A DNA stretch of 52,893 bases, taken from NCBI GenBank assembly GCA_024274695.1, contig JAJSAI010000006.1:1-52893 (forward strand), given 5' to 3'. Of this stretch, positions 16,827 through 28,127 are shown piece after piece; the stretch's first letter is position 1; each line of letters starts with the position of its first letter. Below the pieces are notes generated by a model. The model did no database searches. It saw nothing but the letters and a program-made list of their open reading frames with translations, and was not told where the DNA came from. Made by a program: the position numbers and the translations under genes. The DNA comes from an archaeon. GTDB lineage: Archaea > B1Sed10-29 > JAJSAI01.

Positions 16827-17923
16827 TGGAAGAACTCTTCAAAGAATACTCTTATCTCCCGAAAAGCCTGCTGGAAGAGATAAAGGAAAAAGCAAAAGGT
16901 TTAAATAAAGAACAGCTCAGAAAAGTACTTGAAAAGGCAGCCTCTTATTATGAGGTTTCCAAAGTAGAGCCTGGGGAGGCAGTTGGAACAGTCGCTGCCG
17001 AATCAATTGGGGAACCAGGCACCCAAATGACCATGCTAACATTCCACTTCGCAGGAGTAGCAGAAATGGGTATATCCCAAGGGTTCCCGAGGCTGCTGGA
17101 ACTCGTGGACGCTGTGAAAAAGCCGAAGGACCCGATGATGTGGATATACCTGAAGGAAGGCAAGAAAGAAGAAAAAGCAAGGGAATTCGCGGAAAAAATA
17201 CAGGAAAAAAGCCTTGGAAAAGTGGCTGTCATAAACGAGGACCTGAAGGAAAAAAGCATAGTAATAGAACTCAAGACCAAAGGAATAAACGCGAAAGAAC
17301 TCGCGGAAAAAATAGAAAAGAAGATCAAAATAAAACCCGCTGAAGTAACAGGCAAAAAAATCGTGATAAAATCAAAGTCATACACCAGGCAGAAGCTCAG
17401 GAGAATAGCAATGAACCTGCACAAGCTCCAAGTGTCAGGAGTGAAAGGAATAATAAAAGCAGGAGTAGTCCAGGAAAACGGGGAGTACGTGGTGCAGACT
17501 CTCGGAACTAACCTGAAAGAAGTGCTGGAAATGCCTGAAGTTGATGCCACAAGAACAGTGTCCAACAACATCCACGAAGTACACAAGGTACTCGGAATAG
17601 AAGCCGCGAGAAACATGCTGCTCTCAGAAATCTCTGACGTGCTAACCGCCAACAAACTCAAGGTGGACATCAGGCACATAATGCTCTTGTGCGACACAAT
17701 GTGCTTTGAAGGGCAGGTGCTCCCAATAGGAAGGAAAGGGGTTTCAGGCAGGAAAACATCAGTCTTCGCAAGAGCTGCTTTCGAGGAAACGGTCGCGCAC
17801 CTGCTCAACGCCGCGATAAGCGGTGCGGAAGACGAACTGAAAGGGGTTGCTGAAAACATAATAGTCGGGAAAACAATACCCCTCGGAACAGGAAGCGTTA
17901 AACTCAGCATGAGTAGGAAGTGA
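16823..17923 (+). CDS. rpoA2: RNA polymerase subunit A'' (Rpo1C)
   Basis: [38 protein letters not shown]; ATG overlaps the rpoA' stop. Confidence 0.97.
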   Translation: MMEELFKEYSYLPKSLLEEIKEKAKGLNKEQLRKVLEKAASYYEVSKVEPGEAVGTVAAESIGEPGTQMTMLTFHFAGVAEMGISQGFPRLLELVDAVKKPKDPMMWIYLKEGKKEEKAREFAEKIQEKSLGKVAVINEDLKEKSIVIELKTKGINAKELAEKIEKKIKIKPAEVTGKKIVIKSKSYTRQKLRRIAMNLHKLQVSGVKGIIKAGVVQENGEYVVQTLGTNLKEVLEMPEVDATRTVSNNIHEVHKVLGIEAARNMLLSEISDVLTANKLKVDIRHIMLLCDTMCFEGQVLPIGRKGVSGRKTSVFARAAFEETVAHLLNAAISGAEDELKGVAENIIVGKTIPLGTGSVKLSMSRK

Positions 17924-18225
17924 ACAGGATGGATGTGAACACAGCGCTCAAAAAAATGCTCAAGACAGGACAGCTGGAGTTCGGATACCGCAGGGGAGTC
18001 AAGAACCTCCTCGCGGGAAACGCGAAAGCAGTCATAATCGCAAGCGAAGGGCCTGAAAGAATAAAGAGCGACATAATAAAATACGCGTCAGCAGCGGGCG
18101 TGCCAGTGCTAAATTTCCCTGGCACCAGCCTGGAGCTCGGCAGAGCCTGCGGAAAACCTTTCCTGATAAGCACAATAACAGTGCTAAACCCAGGAGACGT
18201 TTCAGTAAAAGAGGTTGAACAATGA
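17920..18225 (+). CDS. rpl30e: 50S ribosomal protein L30e
   Basis: [10 protein letters not shown] motif; conserved position. Confidence 0.95.
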   Translation: MNRMDVNTALKKMLKTGQLEFGYRRGVKNLLAGNAKAVIIASEGPERIKSDIIKYASAAGVPVLNFPGTSLELGRACGKPFLISTITVLNPGDVSVKEVEQ

Positions 18226-18629
18226 GAAAACTGAGCGCCGAAGAAATAGGGTACATGAACCTGTTCGAGGAGATGACCAAAGCAAAGGTCATAGACTGCA
18301 TCCTCAAGGACAATGACATAACTTTCATAGTAGACAAAGGGAACATCGGGCTCGCGATCGGGAAAAAAGGAGTGATCGTAGAAAGGGTTAAAAACAAGAT
18401 GGGGAAAGAGATACACGTATACGAGTACTCCCCCGACCCAAAACAGTTCGTCAAAAACCTGCTGTTCCCAATAAAGGTGAACGAGGTAACCATTGAAGAT
18501 AACAAGATGATTATAAAAGTAAACCCTGAAGAAAAGAAGAGAGCCATCGGAAGGGATGGTAAGAAAATAAGAAATGTTAAAGAAATCATGGAAAGGCACT
18601 TTGGTATAACCGAGATCAAGGTCATGTGA
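18222..18629 (+). CDS. nusA: Archaeal NusA (two KH domains)
   Basis: AIGKKG and AIGRDGK KH motifs. Confidence 0.95.
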   Translation: MRKLSAEEIGYMNLFEEMTKAKVIDCILKDNDITFIVDKGNIGLAIGKKGVIVERVKNKMGKEIHVYEYSPDPKQFVKNLLFPIKVNEVTIEDNKMIIKVNPEEKKRAIGRDGKKIRNVKEIMERHFGITEIKVM

Positions 18630-18640
18630 GGGTGAAAATA

Positions 18641-19069
18641 ATGCCAGGAGAATTCGCAGCAAGAAAACTCGCGAGGGACAGACAAAGGTTCAGGTGGAAG
18701 TCTGTCAAGTACGTGGAAAGAATGAGGCGCAAAATGGGTAAAGCAGCCGACCCGCTGGAAGGAGCGCCTCAGGCCACGGGAATAGTCATAGAAAAGACCA
18801 GCAGGGAGCAGAAGCAACCTAGCTCTGGACTCATCAAGGCAGTGAGAGTCCAGCTTAGGAAGAACGGTAAAATGGTCACCGCGCACGTTCCAAAGGACAA
18901 GTCAATAAACTACATTGACGAGCACGACGAGGTCATGATAGAAGGCCTTGGAGGATCACAGGGAGGAGCGATAGGAACCATGTGGGGGATAAAGTACAGG
19001 GTAATAAAAGTGAACGGAGTCGCCCTATTAGAAATAAGGAAAGGAAAGAAGGAGAAGCCGAGGAGATAA
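18641..19069 (+). CDS. rps12: 30S ribosomal protein S12
   Basis: [32 protein letters not shown]. Confidence 0.97.
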   Translation: MPGEFAARKLARDRQRFRWKSVKYVERMRRKMGKAADPLEGAPQATGIVIEKTSREQKQPSSGLIKAVRVQLRKNGKMVTAHVPKDKSINYIDEHDEVMIEGLGGSQGGAIGTMWGIKYRVIKVNGVALLEIRKGKKEKPRR

Positions 19070-19070
19070 C

Positions 19071-19670
19071 ATGAACGCACTCGTTTTCGGCAAGTATGAC
19101 ACAAAGGTTGAGGTCGCGGACCCCGGGCTGAAAGCATACATTAACCTAGAGCCCAGGATAGTAGTGCACACCCAGGGAAGGCACGCCAAGAAGAACTTCG
19201 GACGGAAAAATGTTCACGTCGTGGAAAGGCTCATCAACAACCTGATGAGAAGCGGCACTGGAGGAAAGATAGGAGGAAAGCTCATAAGAGACAGGGGAGC
19301 CTGCGGTAAGAAGACAAAGGTCATGAACGCTCTGATGGAAGCGTTTGAGATAATAGAAAAAAGGGAGAAACAGAACCCCCTGCAGGTCCTGGTAAGAGCC
19401 ATAGAAAACGCGGCCCCGAGAGAAGAGGTCACCAGGATCAGGACAGGTGGAGTAATCTCACCCATTGCTGTTGACATTTCTCCACTGAGAAGGCTTGACA
19501 TAGCCCTCAGGAACATCGGGCTGGCCGTCGTGATACAATCATTCAACAATCCCAAGTCTTTTTCTCAGGCCATTGCCGATGAGATAATCCTCGCGTCCAA
19601 GAACGATCCTGCCAGCTACGCCATCAAAAGGAAGCTGGAGATCGAGAGAATCGCCAAGAGCTCAAGGTGA
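19071..19670 (+). CDS. rps7: 30S ribosomal protein S7
   Basis: NPLQVLVRAIENAAPREE, VDISPLRR, ERIAKSSR. Confidence 0.97.
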   Translation: MNALVFGKYDTKVEVADPGLKAYINLEPRIVVHTQGRHAKKNFGRKNVHVVERLINNLMRSGTGGKIGGKLIRDRGACGKKTKVMNALMEAFEIIEKREKQNPLQVLVRAIENAAPREEVTRIRTGGVISPIAVDISPLRRLDIALRNIGLAVVIQSFNNPKSFSQAIADEIILASKNDPASYAIKRKLEIERIAKSSR

Positions 19671-19677
19671 GTTTTAG

Positions 19678-21873
19678 ATGGGAAGAAGAGAACAAATGGT
19701 AGAAAAGATAAAGGAATTAATGGACAAGCCTGAGATGATAAGGAACATAGGAATCGTGGCGCACATAGACCACGGCAAGACAACCCTGTCAGACAACCTT
19801 GTGGCAGGAGCAGGCCTGCTGAGCGAACAGCTTGCCGGGAAAGAGTGCGTCATGGACTCCTACGAGCTGGAAGCAGAGAGAGGGATCACAATCTTCTCTG
19901 CTAACATCTCCCTCGTTTTCCCTCACCAGAACAAGGAGTACCTTGTCAACATGATTGATACCCCCGGGCACGTTGACTTCGGAGGAGCCGTGACAAGAGC
20001 AATGAGGGCCGTTGACGGAATCATACTCGTCGTGTGCGCCGTGGAAGGAGTAATGCCTCAGACTGAAAGGAACCTGATAACCGCACTAAAGGAAAAGGTA
20101 AAGCCCGTCCTGTTCATAAACAAGGTGGACAGACTCATCAACGAGCTCCAACTGGACGAGAACCAAATGCAAGAGAGACTGCTGAAGATCATAAACAAGG
20201 TTAACGAGCTCATAAGAAAACACGCTCCAGAAGAGTTCAAAGAATCCTGGCAGGTCAGGGTACAGGACGGGTCAGTGGCCTTCGGGTCAGCGTATAACAA
20301 CTGGGCCATCTCCGTTCCCCTGATGCAGGAGACTGGGATAAAGTTCAAGGACATATACCAGTACTGCAGGGACGGCAAGCAGGACGAGCTTGCCAAAAAG
20401 ATCCCAGGACACAAGGCAGTCGTGGACATGATAATAAAACACATTCCTAACCCCAAGGACGCGCAGAAGTACAGAATACCGAAAATATGGAAGAACGGAG
20501 ACCTCAATTCGGACATAGGAAAGGCAATGCTTTCATGCGATCCTAACGGGAAGACCGTGATCATGATAACCAGCGTGGATATTGATCCGCACGCTGGAGA
20601 AATCGCCACAGGAAGAGTGTACTCCGGGAAGGTCAGGAGAGGAATGAAGCTCCACATGATAAACTCTAAGACAGTGGACACAGTACAGCAGGTCGCGTTC
20701 TACATGAACACCGGAAGAGCGCAGGTGGACGAGATTCCTGCAGGGAACATTGCTGCGCTCTCCGGGCTCAAGTCAGCCTTCGCGGGAGAAACCGCTGCCG
20801 AGGAAGAGATAGCTCCTTTCGAGTCAATAAAACACTATTCAGAGCCAGTCATGACAAAAGCGGTAGAGGCAAAGAACCCAAGAGACCTCCCCAAGCTCAT
20901 TGAGGTCCTGCACGACATTGCCAAGGAAGACCCCACCGTGAAGGTGGAAATAGACGAGGAAACCGGGGAGCACAGGATCTCAGGAATGGGAGAACTGCAC
21001 CTTGAAATCATAGAGCACAGGATCTCCCACGACAAGGGAATCCCGATAACAACATCTCCTCCTATAGTCGTGTACAGGGAGACCGTGAAGTCAACAGGAC
21101 AGCAGATAGAAGCGAAGTCTCCTAACAAGCACAACAGGTTCTACATCGTCGTGGAGCCCCTGGAGGATGAAGTGTACAAGGCAATAATAGAGGGAGAAAT
21201 CCCAGAAGGAAAAATAAAGGACTCAAAGACCCTTGCCAAGAAACTCGCAGAGTACGGCATGCCCCTTGACCAGGCCAAGGGAATCTGGGAAGTGAAGAAC
21301 GGGAACGTGTTCCTGGACAACACCAAGGGAGTTCAGTACCTGAACGAAGCCAAAGAGCTTATCCTGCAAGGGTTCGAGGAGGCCATGGAAAAAGGGCCTC
21401 TGGCCAACGAGAAGGTTACCAAAGTAAAGGTAAGGCTCGTGGACGCTGTCCTGCACGAGGACGCGGTCCACAGGGGTCCGTCACAAGTAATCCCAGCAGT
21501 AAAAAGAGGAATACTAGCGGCGATACTCACCGCGGACCCGATACTCCTGGAGCCAAAGCAAAAGATATTTATTACCGTGCCCCAGGAATATATGGGTGCT
21601 GTTAGCACGGACATACAAGGGAGAAGAGGGCAAATCCTGGACATAGAACAGGACGGAGAACTCCTCACAATAATAACAAAGGTTCCTGTTGCTGAAACCT
21701 TCGGGTTCGCTGGAGAGATAAGGTCAGCGACCCAGGGCAGGGCCCAATGGTCCACAGAGTACTTCGGGTACGAGCCCCTGCCCAGGGACTTGCAACAGAA
21801 TGTTATAAAAAGGATTAGAGAAAGAAAAGGATTAAAACCAGAGATACCAACCCCTGAAGAACTGCTTTCATGA
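19678..21873 (+). CDS. fusA: Elongation factor 2
   Basis: [21 protein letters not shown], diphthamide-site HEDAVHRG. Confidence 0.98.
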   Translation: MGRREQMVEKIKELMDKPEMIRNIGIVAHIDHGKTTLSDNLVAGAGLLSEQLAGKECVMDSYELEAERGITIFSANISLVFPHQNKEYLVNMIDTPGHVDFGGAVTRAMRAVDGIILVVCAVEGVMPQTERNLITALKEKVKPVLFINKVDRLINELQLDENQMQERLLKIINKVNELIRKHAPEEFKESWQVRVQDGSVAFGSAYNNWAISVPLMQETGIKFKDIYQYCRDGKQDELAKKIPGHKAVVDMIIKHIPNPKDAQKYRIPKIWKNGDLNSDIGKAMLSCDPNGKTVIMITSVDIDPHAGEIATGRVYSGKVRRGMKLHMINSKTVDTVQQVAFYMNTGRAQVDEIPAGNIAALSGLKSAFAGETAAEEEIAPFESIKHYSEPVMTKAVEAKNPRDLPKLIEVLHDIAKEDPTVKVEIDEETGEHRISGMGELHLEIIEHRISHDKGIPITTSPPIVVYRETVKSTGQQIEAKSPNKHNRFYIVVEPLEDEVYKAIIEGEIPEGKIKDSKTLAKKLAEYGMPLDQAKGIWEVKNGNVFLDNTKGVQYLNEAKELILQGFEEAMEKGPLANEKVTKVKVRLVDAVLHEDAVHRGPSQVIPAVKRGILAAILTADPILLEPKQKIFITVPQEYMGAVSTDIQGRRGQILDIEQDGELLTIITKVPVAETFGFAGEIRSATQGRAQWSTEYFGYEPLPRDLQQNVIKRIRERKGLKPEIPTPEELLS

Positions 21874-21904
21874 TAACACAAAAAGACAAAGAGGTGTATG
21901 GGAT

Positions 21905-23179
21905 ATGGCAGACAAGAAGCCGCACATGAACCTTGTGTTCATAGGACACGTGGACCACGGAAAGTCCACCACAGTAGGAAGACTGCTGTTCGACTCGAAG
22001 GCACTTCCAGAACAGGAGCTCAGGAAGCTCAGGGAAGAAGCAGAAAGGCTCGGTAAGGCCACCTTCGAGTTCGCCTTCGCCATGGACAGGCTGAAGGAAG
22101 AGAGGGAAAGGGGAGTAACAATAGACGTTGCTCACAAGGACTTCCAGACCAACAAGTACTACTTCACAATCATAGACGCTCCTGGACACAAGGACTTCAT
22201 CAAGAACATGATCACAGGGACCAGCCAGGCTGACGCCGCGGTGCTCGTGGTATCAGCAAAGGACGGTCCCCAGGAGCAGACGAGAGAGCACGCGTTCCTG
22301 GCAAGGACTCTCGGAGTCGGCCAGATGATCGTGGCCCTGAACAAGATGGATGCTGTTGACTACAGCCAGGACGCTTACAACAAGGTAAAACAAGAGCTTA
22401 TTGACAAGATACTCAAGCCCATTGGGTACAAAGTAGACCAGATGCACTTCATCCCTATCTCCGCATACAAGGGAGACAATGTGGTGCACAAGTCAGAGAA
22501 CATGCCATGGTACAACGGTCCTACCCTGGTAGAAGCGCTGGACCAGCTTCAGCCTCCTGAAAAGCCGATAGACAAGCCTCTCAGGCTACCGGTCCAGGAC
22601 GTCTACAACATCAGGGGAGTGGGACTCGTTCCTGTCGGAAGAGTAGAAACAGGAGTCCTGAGGGTAGGAGACAAGGTCTCCATAATGCCCGCAGGAGTGG
22701 TAGGAGAAGTGAAGAGCATAGAAATGCACCACCAGGCAATGCAGCAGGCAGAACCCGGAGACAACATCGGGTTCAACCTGAAGGGAGTGGACAAGAAGAA
22801 CATAAGCAGAGGATCAGTAATCGGGCCTGCAGACAACCCACCGACAGTGGCAGAGGAGTTCACGGCACAGATAATCGTACTCAACCACCCGACAGCAATA
22901 ACAGTAGGATACCAGCCAGTCGTACACTGCCACACAGCACAAGTCGCCTGCAGCATCGTGGCAATAGAGAAGAAGATAGACCCGAGGAGCGGTCAGGTCA
23001 TAGAAGAGAACCCAGAGTTCATCAAAACAGGAGACGCTGCCATAGTAAGAATGAAGCCAACAAGGCCAATGGTCATAGAAAAGGCAAGCGAGTTCTCCCC
23101 TCTCGGGAGGTTCGCGGTCAGGGACATGGGAATGACCGTGGCAGCAGGAATGGTACTAGATGTAAAGAAGAAAGCGTGA
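21905..23179 (+). CDS. tuf: Elongation factor 1-alpha
   Basis: [21 protein letters not shown]. Confidence 0.98.
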   Translation: MADKKPHMNLVFIGHVDHGKSTTVGRLLFDSKALPEQELRKLREEAERLGKATFEFAFAMDRLKEERERGVTIDVAHKDFQTNKYYFTIIDAPGHKDFIKNMITGTSQADAAVLVVSAKDGPQEQTREHAFLARTLGVGQMIVALNKMDAVDYSQDAYNKVKQELIDKILKPIGYKVDQMHFIPISAYKGDNVVHKSENMPWYNGPTLVEALDQLQPPEKPIDKPLRLPVQDVYNIRGVGLVPVGRVETGVLRVGDKVSIMPAGVVGEVKSIEMHHQAMQQAEPGDNIGFNLKGVDKKNISRGSVIGPADNPPTVAEEFTAQIIVLNHPTAITVGYQPVVHCHTAQVACSIVAIEKKIDPRSGQVIEENPEFIKTGDAAIVRMKPTRPMVIEKASEFSPLGRFAVRDMGMTVAAGMVLDVKKKA

Positions 23180-23186
23180 TACGAGA

Positions 23187-23504
23187 ATGGCTGCACAGAT
23201 AGCTAGCATCAAGCTGGTAAGCCCGGACTACAAGAAGCTTGAGAGCGTCTGCTCTGAAATCAAGGAGATTGCCAAGAGGACAGGAGCCAATGTGAAGGGC
23301 CCCATACCCCTTCCCACCAGGAAACTTGTCGTCCCGACCATGAAATCACCGTGCGGCGACGGGTCGGAGACATACGAGCACTGGCAGATGAGGATACACA
23401 AGAGGCTCATAAACATAGAAGCAGACGAGCGGACGCTCAGGCAGATAATGAGAGTCCAAGTGCCCGACCAAGTACACATAGAAATAGAGCTCAAGACAGT
23501 CTAA
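23187..23504 (+). CDS. rps10: 30S ribosomal protein S10
   Basis: [23 protein letters not shown]. Confidence 0.97.
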   Translation: MAAQIASIKLVSPDYKKLESVCSEIKEIAKRTGANVKGPIPLPTRKLVVPTMKSPCGDGSETYEHWQMRIHKRLINIEADERTLRQIMRVQVPDQVHIEIELKTV

Positions 23505-23616
23505 AAACCCCTTCTTTTAAACCCCACCACTCCTTTTGTTTTTGACGAACTTTTTCTCGCAGAACAACGAAAGGTTTTTAAATGGCTGCTTTTTCTTAGG
23601 ATACAGGTGAAAGAGT

Positions 23617-23967
23617 ATGGACCTGGACACAATAGGGGGCTATGCATTCATAGCCGGAATCCTCATAGCACTAGGGCTCGGAATAGCAGCGGCAGTAACC
23701 ACGCTAAGCATAAACATAGTGACATGGCTTGTAGCAGTACTAGTAATACTAGGACTCATAGTAGGATTCGTCAACATAGGCAAGAAAGAAATGAGGGACT
23801 TCCTGATAGCAGTGATCGCAATCGGAGTAATCGGCTCAGCAAACCTGGGAGTAATCCCGTACGTAGGAGACGTCCTCGCCAAGATAGTAGCGTACATAGC
23901 AGTGTTCGTAGCACCAGCAGCGCTGATAGTGGCAATCAAAGAGATCCTGAACCTGGCAAAAGCATGA
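23617..23967 (+). CDS. Small membrane protein (about 4 TM), function unknown
   Basis: Hydrophobic 116-aa ORF with own TATA (about 23574-23582) and GGTGA SD. Confidence 0.85.
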   Translation: MDLDTIGGYAFIAGILIALGLGIAAAVTTLSINIVTWLVAVLVILGLIVGFVNIGKKEMRDFLIAVIAIGVIGSANLGVIPYVGDVLAKIVAYIAVFVAPAALIVAIKEILNLAKA

Positions 23968-24067
23968 ATGCGCAAAAAACCATTTTCCTTATTTAAACCC
24001 TCTCTTTTTTATTTACCAGAGTAAAAGGGGAGATCTTAATAAACAACAGGAAGAAAAAGAATATCTA

Positions 24068-24490
24068 ATGAGCTACTTCACTTTCGAGCACGAAGCAGAC
24101 ACAGGAATAAGGGGCGAAGGAAAAACCCTTGAAGAAGCATTCCAGGAAACCGCAAGAGCAATGTTCAGCGTAATGGCCAACCTTGAAAAGGTTGAAGAAA
24201 AAGAAAAGGTTTCTGGAAAAACAGAAGGCAGGGACCTCATCTCCCTACTCGTGAACTGGCTGAACCAACTGCTCGCAGAAAAAGACATCAACGGAATGGT
24301 GTTCAAATCATTCAACGTCAAAATAAAAAAAGAAGGCGAAGGATACTCAATAGAATGGGATGCCTGGGGAGAAGAAATGGACCCTGAAAAACACCAGCTG
24401 GACATAGAGGTAAAAGCAGCCACCTTCCACCAGGCTGCAGTGGAAGAAAAAAACGGCAAGTGGACCGCACAGTGCATTGTGGACGTGTAA
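24068..24490 (+). CDS. Archease
   Basis: FEHEAD, LVNWLNQLL, EVKAATFH, CIVDV. Confidence 0.95.
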   Translation: MSYFTFEHEADTGIRGEGKTLEEAFQETARAMFSVMANLEKVEEKEKVSGKTEGRDLISLLVNWLNQLLAEKDINGMVFKSFNVKIKKEGEGYSIEWDAWGEEMDPEKHQLDIEVKAATFHQAAVEEKNGKWTAQCIVDV

Positions 24491-24505
24491 AAAGGAGGAG
24501 AAAAA

Positions 24506-25936
24506 ATGGACGTGAGCATGTTCACGAAAATAAACGACTACGAGTGGATGATCCCAAAAAAAGGAGACATGAGAGTCCCAGGAATAGTGTTCGGGGACGA
24601 ACCAATAATCAGGGACCTGGACGAGAAAGTATGGGAACAGGTATCAAACGTGGCAACACTCCCGGGAATACAGCTCGCGAGCATTGCCATGCCTGACGCC
24701 CACTGGGGCTACGGTTTCCCTATAGGAGGAGTGGCCGCATTCGATCCCAAAGAAGGAGGCATCATCAGCGCTGGAGGCGTCGGATACGACATCAGCTGCG
24801 GGGTCAGGACCCTGAAAACGAACATGAAAAAAGAAGAAGTGCTCCCAAAGCTTTCGGAGCTGATGGAAGAACTCTTCAGAACCATCCCTGCAGGCCTGGG
24901 GTCAGAGGGAGAAATAACCCTCACAAAAGACCAGGAGGACGAAATGCTCGCCAAGGGAGCGAAATGGGCTGTGGAACAAGGTTACGGGACAGAAGAAGAC
25001 CTGGAGTACACCGAGATGCACGGGACAGCGCCTGACGCTGACCCGAGTAAGGTAAGCGATCTCGCGAAAAAAAGAGAAAAGAAGCAAGCGGGAACCCTGG
25101 GCTCAGGAAACCACTACCTTGAAGTCCAGTGGGTGGAAGAGGTTTACGATCCTGAAATAGCCAGGATATACGGCCTGGAAAAGGACCAGATCCTAATAAC
25201 ATTCCACTGCGGGTCAAGAGGACTCGGGCACCAGGTCGCCTCAGACTACATGAAAGTGCTGGACCAGGCAGCGCCGAAGTACGGGATAAAACTTCCAGAC
25301 AGACAGCTAGCGTGCGCGCCAATAGATTCCCAAGAGGGCAGGGACTACTGGCAGGCCATGAACGCAGCAATAAACAACGCGCTCGCGAACAGGCAGATAA
25401 TATCCCACCTCGCGCGGAAAGCGTTCAAGAGAGTGTTCCCGGACGCCGAACTGCCCCAGTTGTACGACACGAGCCACAACACGTGCAGGAGAGAAGAGCA
25501 CGTAGTGGACGGGGTCAAGAAGATAGTGTACGTGCACAGAAAAGGAGCCACGAGTGCCCTGGGGCCCGGCCGGCCGGAAATCCCGAAAGCATACATGAAC
25601 GCGGGCCAGCCTGTGCTGATAGGAGGAACCATGGGCACGTACTCCTACATCCTCGCGGGAACAAGAGAAGGGATGGAAAAAGCGTTCGGAAGCGCGTGCC
25701 ACGGGGCGGGCAGGAGGATGAGCAGGGCGAAAGCAAAGAAAACGTGGAAAGGAGAACAAGTCATCAGGGACCTCGCAGAAAGGGGGATAATAGTGAAAGC
25801 CCACTCCTTCAGAGGAGCTGCAGAAGAAGCCCCCGGAGCGTACAAGGACGTCAGACAGGTCGTGGACGCGGTGCACAACGCGGGCCTCGCCAAGAAGGTC
25901 GTAAGAGTAAGGCCGCTCGGGGTAGTGAAAGGGTGA
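24506..25936 (+). CDS. rtcB: RNA-splicing ligase RtcB
   Basis: MPDAHWGYGFPIGGV, GVGYDISCG, GSGNHYLE, HRKGAT, HGAGR, EEAPGAYK. Confidence 0.98.
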   Translation: MDVSMFTKINDYEWMIPKKGDMRVPGIVFGDEPIIRDLDEKVWEQVSNVATLPGIQLASIAMPDAHWGYGFPIGGVAAFDPKEGGIISAGGVGYDISCGVRTLKTNMKKEEVLPKLSELMEELFRTIPAGLGSEGEITLTKDQEDEMLAKGAKWAVEQGYGTEEDLEYTEMHGTAPDADPSKVSDLAKKREKKQAGTLGSGNHYLEVQWVEEVYDPEIARIYGLEKDQILITFHCGSRGLGHQVASDYMKVLDQAAPKYGIKLPDRQLACAPIDSQEGRDYWQAMNAAINNALANRQIISHLARKAFKRVFPDAELPQLYDTSHNTCRREEHVVDGVKKIVYVHRKGATSALGPGRPEIPKAYMNAGQPVLIGGTMGTYSYILAGTREGMEKAFGSACHGAGRRMSRAKAKKTWKGEQVIRDLAERGIIVKAHSFRGAAEEAPGAYKDVRQVVDAVHNAGLAKKVVRVRPLGVVKG

Positions 25937-25952
25937 ATAAAAGCGCCCGCAG

Positions 25953-26094
25953 TAACCTTTAAATACCCTTTGCTGTGAAAAAAATACTAACTCCTGCTGT
26001 AAAAAGGAGTGGGAAAGGTCCAGCCCCAGAGGCTCTTGCCTTTCGGGCGATGAAGACCGCAGGGATCCGAAAAATGTTTTGAGGCTGTGTAAGA
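25953..26094 (+). promoter_or_regulatory. TATA plus ~105-nt structured 5' leader of the rpl3 operon
   Basis: CTTTAAATA box; ACTCCT/AGGAGT hairpin; CAGCCCCAGA/TTTGAGGCTG helix; motifs shared with the rps13 leader. Confidence 0.55.
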
Positions 26095-27066
26095 ATGGCA
26101 AAGAGGCATGCACCTAGGAGAGGGTCCAGAGCATTCTACCCTCGCAAGAGAGCCAAGAGGATATACCCCAGGGTGAACTCTTACCCTGAAACCAGCGAGG
26201 TGTGCGTGCAGGCATTCCCCGTGTACAAAGCGGGAATGACCCAGCTCATAACAATAAACGAGGACGAGAAGTCACCCAAGTTCAAGCAAGAAGAAGCAAT
26301 CCCCGTGACAATACTTGAAGCCCCCGCAGTCAAGGTATACGGGATCAGGGCGTACAAAGCGTACCCTGAAGGCCTGAAAGCATTCACAGAGGTGTACGCT
26401 GAAAAACTTGACAAGAGGCTCGCGCGCAAGATCACTCTTCCTAAGGAATACTCCGCAGAAGACAGGATCAAAGCAATAGAATCAAACTTAGATGACATTG
26501 CCGAGATAAGGCTGCTCGTTCACACACAACCTCCGTTCAAGAAAACCCCTGAAATCCTTGAGCTCACCGTGTTCGGCCCGATAAAGGAAGCGTGGGAGTA
26601 CGCAAAGCAGAAGCTCGGGCAGGAACTAGAGGCCAAGGAAGTGTTCCAGGAAGGGAAAATGGTTGACGCGATCGCTGTCACCAAAGGAAAGGGAACCCAA
26701 GGCCCTGTAAAGAGGTTCGGGATCAGAATCCAGATAAGGAAGAACAAGTGGCACAGGAGGAACCCAGGGTCCCTGGGAGCGTTCAGCGTCGCGAGAACAT
26801 TCTGGACCGTGCCAATGTCAGGGCAGATGGGATTCCAGACAAGGACAGAGTACAACAAGTTCCTGCTCAAGATGGGAGAAAACGGTGAAGAAGCCACTCC
26901 CAAAGGAGGCCTGGTCCACTACGGAGTAGTGAGAGGCCCGTACATTCTGGTCAAAGGAAGCGTGCCAGGACCAAAGAAAAGGCTTGTGGTCCTCAGGAAC
27001 GCGATAAGACCCTACGAAATGAAAATGCCCACAATAAAAGAAGTAGTAACAACACCACAACAGTGA
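26095..27066 (+). CDS. rpl3: 50S ribosomal protein L3
   Basis: HAPRRGS, YKAGMT, TKGKGTQGPVKRFG, GSVPGPKKR. Confidence 0.97.
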   Translation: MAKRHAPRRGSRAFYPRKRAKRIYPRVNSYPETSEVCVQAFPVYKAGMTQLITINEDEKSPKFKQEEAIPVTILEAPAVKVYGIRAYKAYPEGLKAFTEVYAEKLDKRLARKITLPKEYSAEDRIKAIESNLDDIAEIRLLVHTQPPFKKTPEILELTVFGPIKEAWEYAKQKLGQELEAKEVFQEGKMVDAIAVTKGKGTQGPVKRFGIRIQIRKNKWHRRNPGSLGAFSVARTFWTVPMSGQMGFQTRTEYNKFLLKMGENGEEATPKGGLVHYGVVRGPYILVKGSVPGPKKRLVVLRNAIRPYEMKMPTIKEVVTTPQQ

Positions 27067-27072
27067 TAAAAG

Positions 27073-27870
27073 ATGAAGGCAAAGGTTTACGATCTTAACG
27101 GGAACGAAGTGAAAGAAATAGACCTGCCGAGAGTGTTCTCGGAAGAAATAAGGCCCGATCTCATAAGAAGGGCCACCCTCGCGATACTGAGCTCAGGATA
27201 CCAGCCGAAGGGAACATTCCCCCTGGCAGGACTGCAAACAAGCGCAAAGTATGTCGGGAGAAGAGGAAGATATCACGCCATGATAAACAGGGGAATCTCA
27301 AGACTGCCCAGAATAATAGGACCCAAGGGATACATAGGAGAAGTAAGAAGAGTGCCCCAAGCCAAGGGAGGGCACAGAGCACATCCCCCGAAGGTTGAAA
27401 AGATAATAGAAGAAAAAATAAACAAGAAGGAGAAAAGGAAGGCGACCGCGAGCGCCATAGCCGCGACGGCCGTACCCGAGCTAGTCAAAAAGAGGGGTCA
27501 CAGAACAGAAGAGCTCAAGAGCCTGCCCATAATAGTCACTGACGATCTTGAAAAACTCAGCAAAACAAAAGAGGTCAAGAGAGTCCTTGAAAAACTCGGG
27601 CTTTCCGCAGAGCTCGAGAGGACGTCCGAAAAGAAGATAAGAGCAGGAAAAGGAAAAATGAGAGGAAGAAAGTACAAGAAAAAGAAGGGAGTTCTCATAG
27701 TCACAGGATCGCACGCGCCAGTGCACAAGGCCACTCGGAACATCCCTGGAACTGACGTGTGCCCAGCCAAAGAGCTTAACGCGTACCTGCTCGCTCCAGG
27801 AGGAGACCCTGGAAGGCTCACGATATACACCGAGTCCGCAATAACAGAAATCGGAAAGAGGTTCGGGTGA
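27073..27870 (+). CDS. rpl4: 50S ribosomal protein L4
   Basis: RPDLIRRA, GGHRAHPPK, RAGKGKMRGR, LAPGGDPGRL. Confidence 0.97.
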   Translation: MKAKVYDLNGNEVKEIDLPRVFSEEIRPDLIRRATLAILSSGYQPKGTFPLAGLQTSAKYVGRRGRYHAMINRGISRLPRIIGPKGYIGEVRRVPQAKGGHRAHPPKVEKIIEEKINKKEKRKATASAIAATAVPELVKKRGHRTEELKSLPIIVTDDLEKLSKTKEVKRVLEKLGLSAELERTSEKKIRAGKGKMRGRKYKKKKGVLIVTGSHAPVHKATRNIPGTDVCPAKELNAYLLAPGGDPGRLTIYTESAITEIGKRFG

Positions 27871-27872
27871 AA

Positions 27873-28121
27873 ATGAAGATAAAGTATCCGCTGCTCTCGG
27901 AAAAAGCCGTTGGACTCATAGAAAAAGAGAACAAGATAGTGTTCATCGTTGACCCGAAAGCCACAAAAGATGAAATAAGAAGCGAGGTAGAACAGGAGTA
28001 CGGAGTGAAGGTGAAAAAAGTGAACGTGGTCAACACTATGAGGGGAGAAAAGAAAGCGTACGTGCAGCTCTCTCCCGAGCACAGCGCTGTAGACCTCGCC
28101 ACAAAACTTAAGATACTGTGA
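27873..28121 (+). CDS. rpl23: 50S ribosomal protein L23
   Basis: YPLLSEKA, KVNV, KKAYVQL. Confidence 0.96.
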   Translation: MKIKYPLLSEKAVGLIEKENKIVFIVDPKATKDEIRSEVEQEYGVKVKKVNVVNTMRGEKKAYVQLSPEHSAVDLATKLKIL

Positions 28122-28127
28122 TGCAGG

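Noticed and set aside
26020-26090. C/D box sRNA upstream of rpl3 (CGATGA ... CCGA)
   Set aside because: Boxes are degenerate and too close together, with no C'/D' pair; treated as a leader instead
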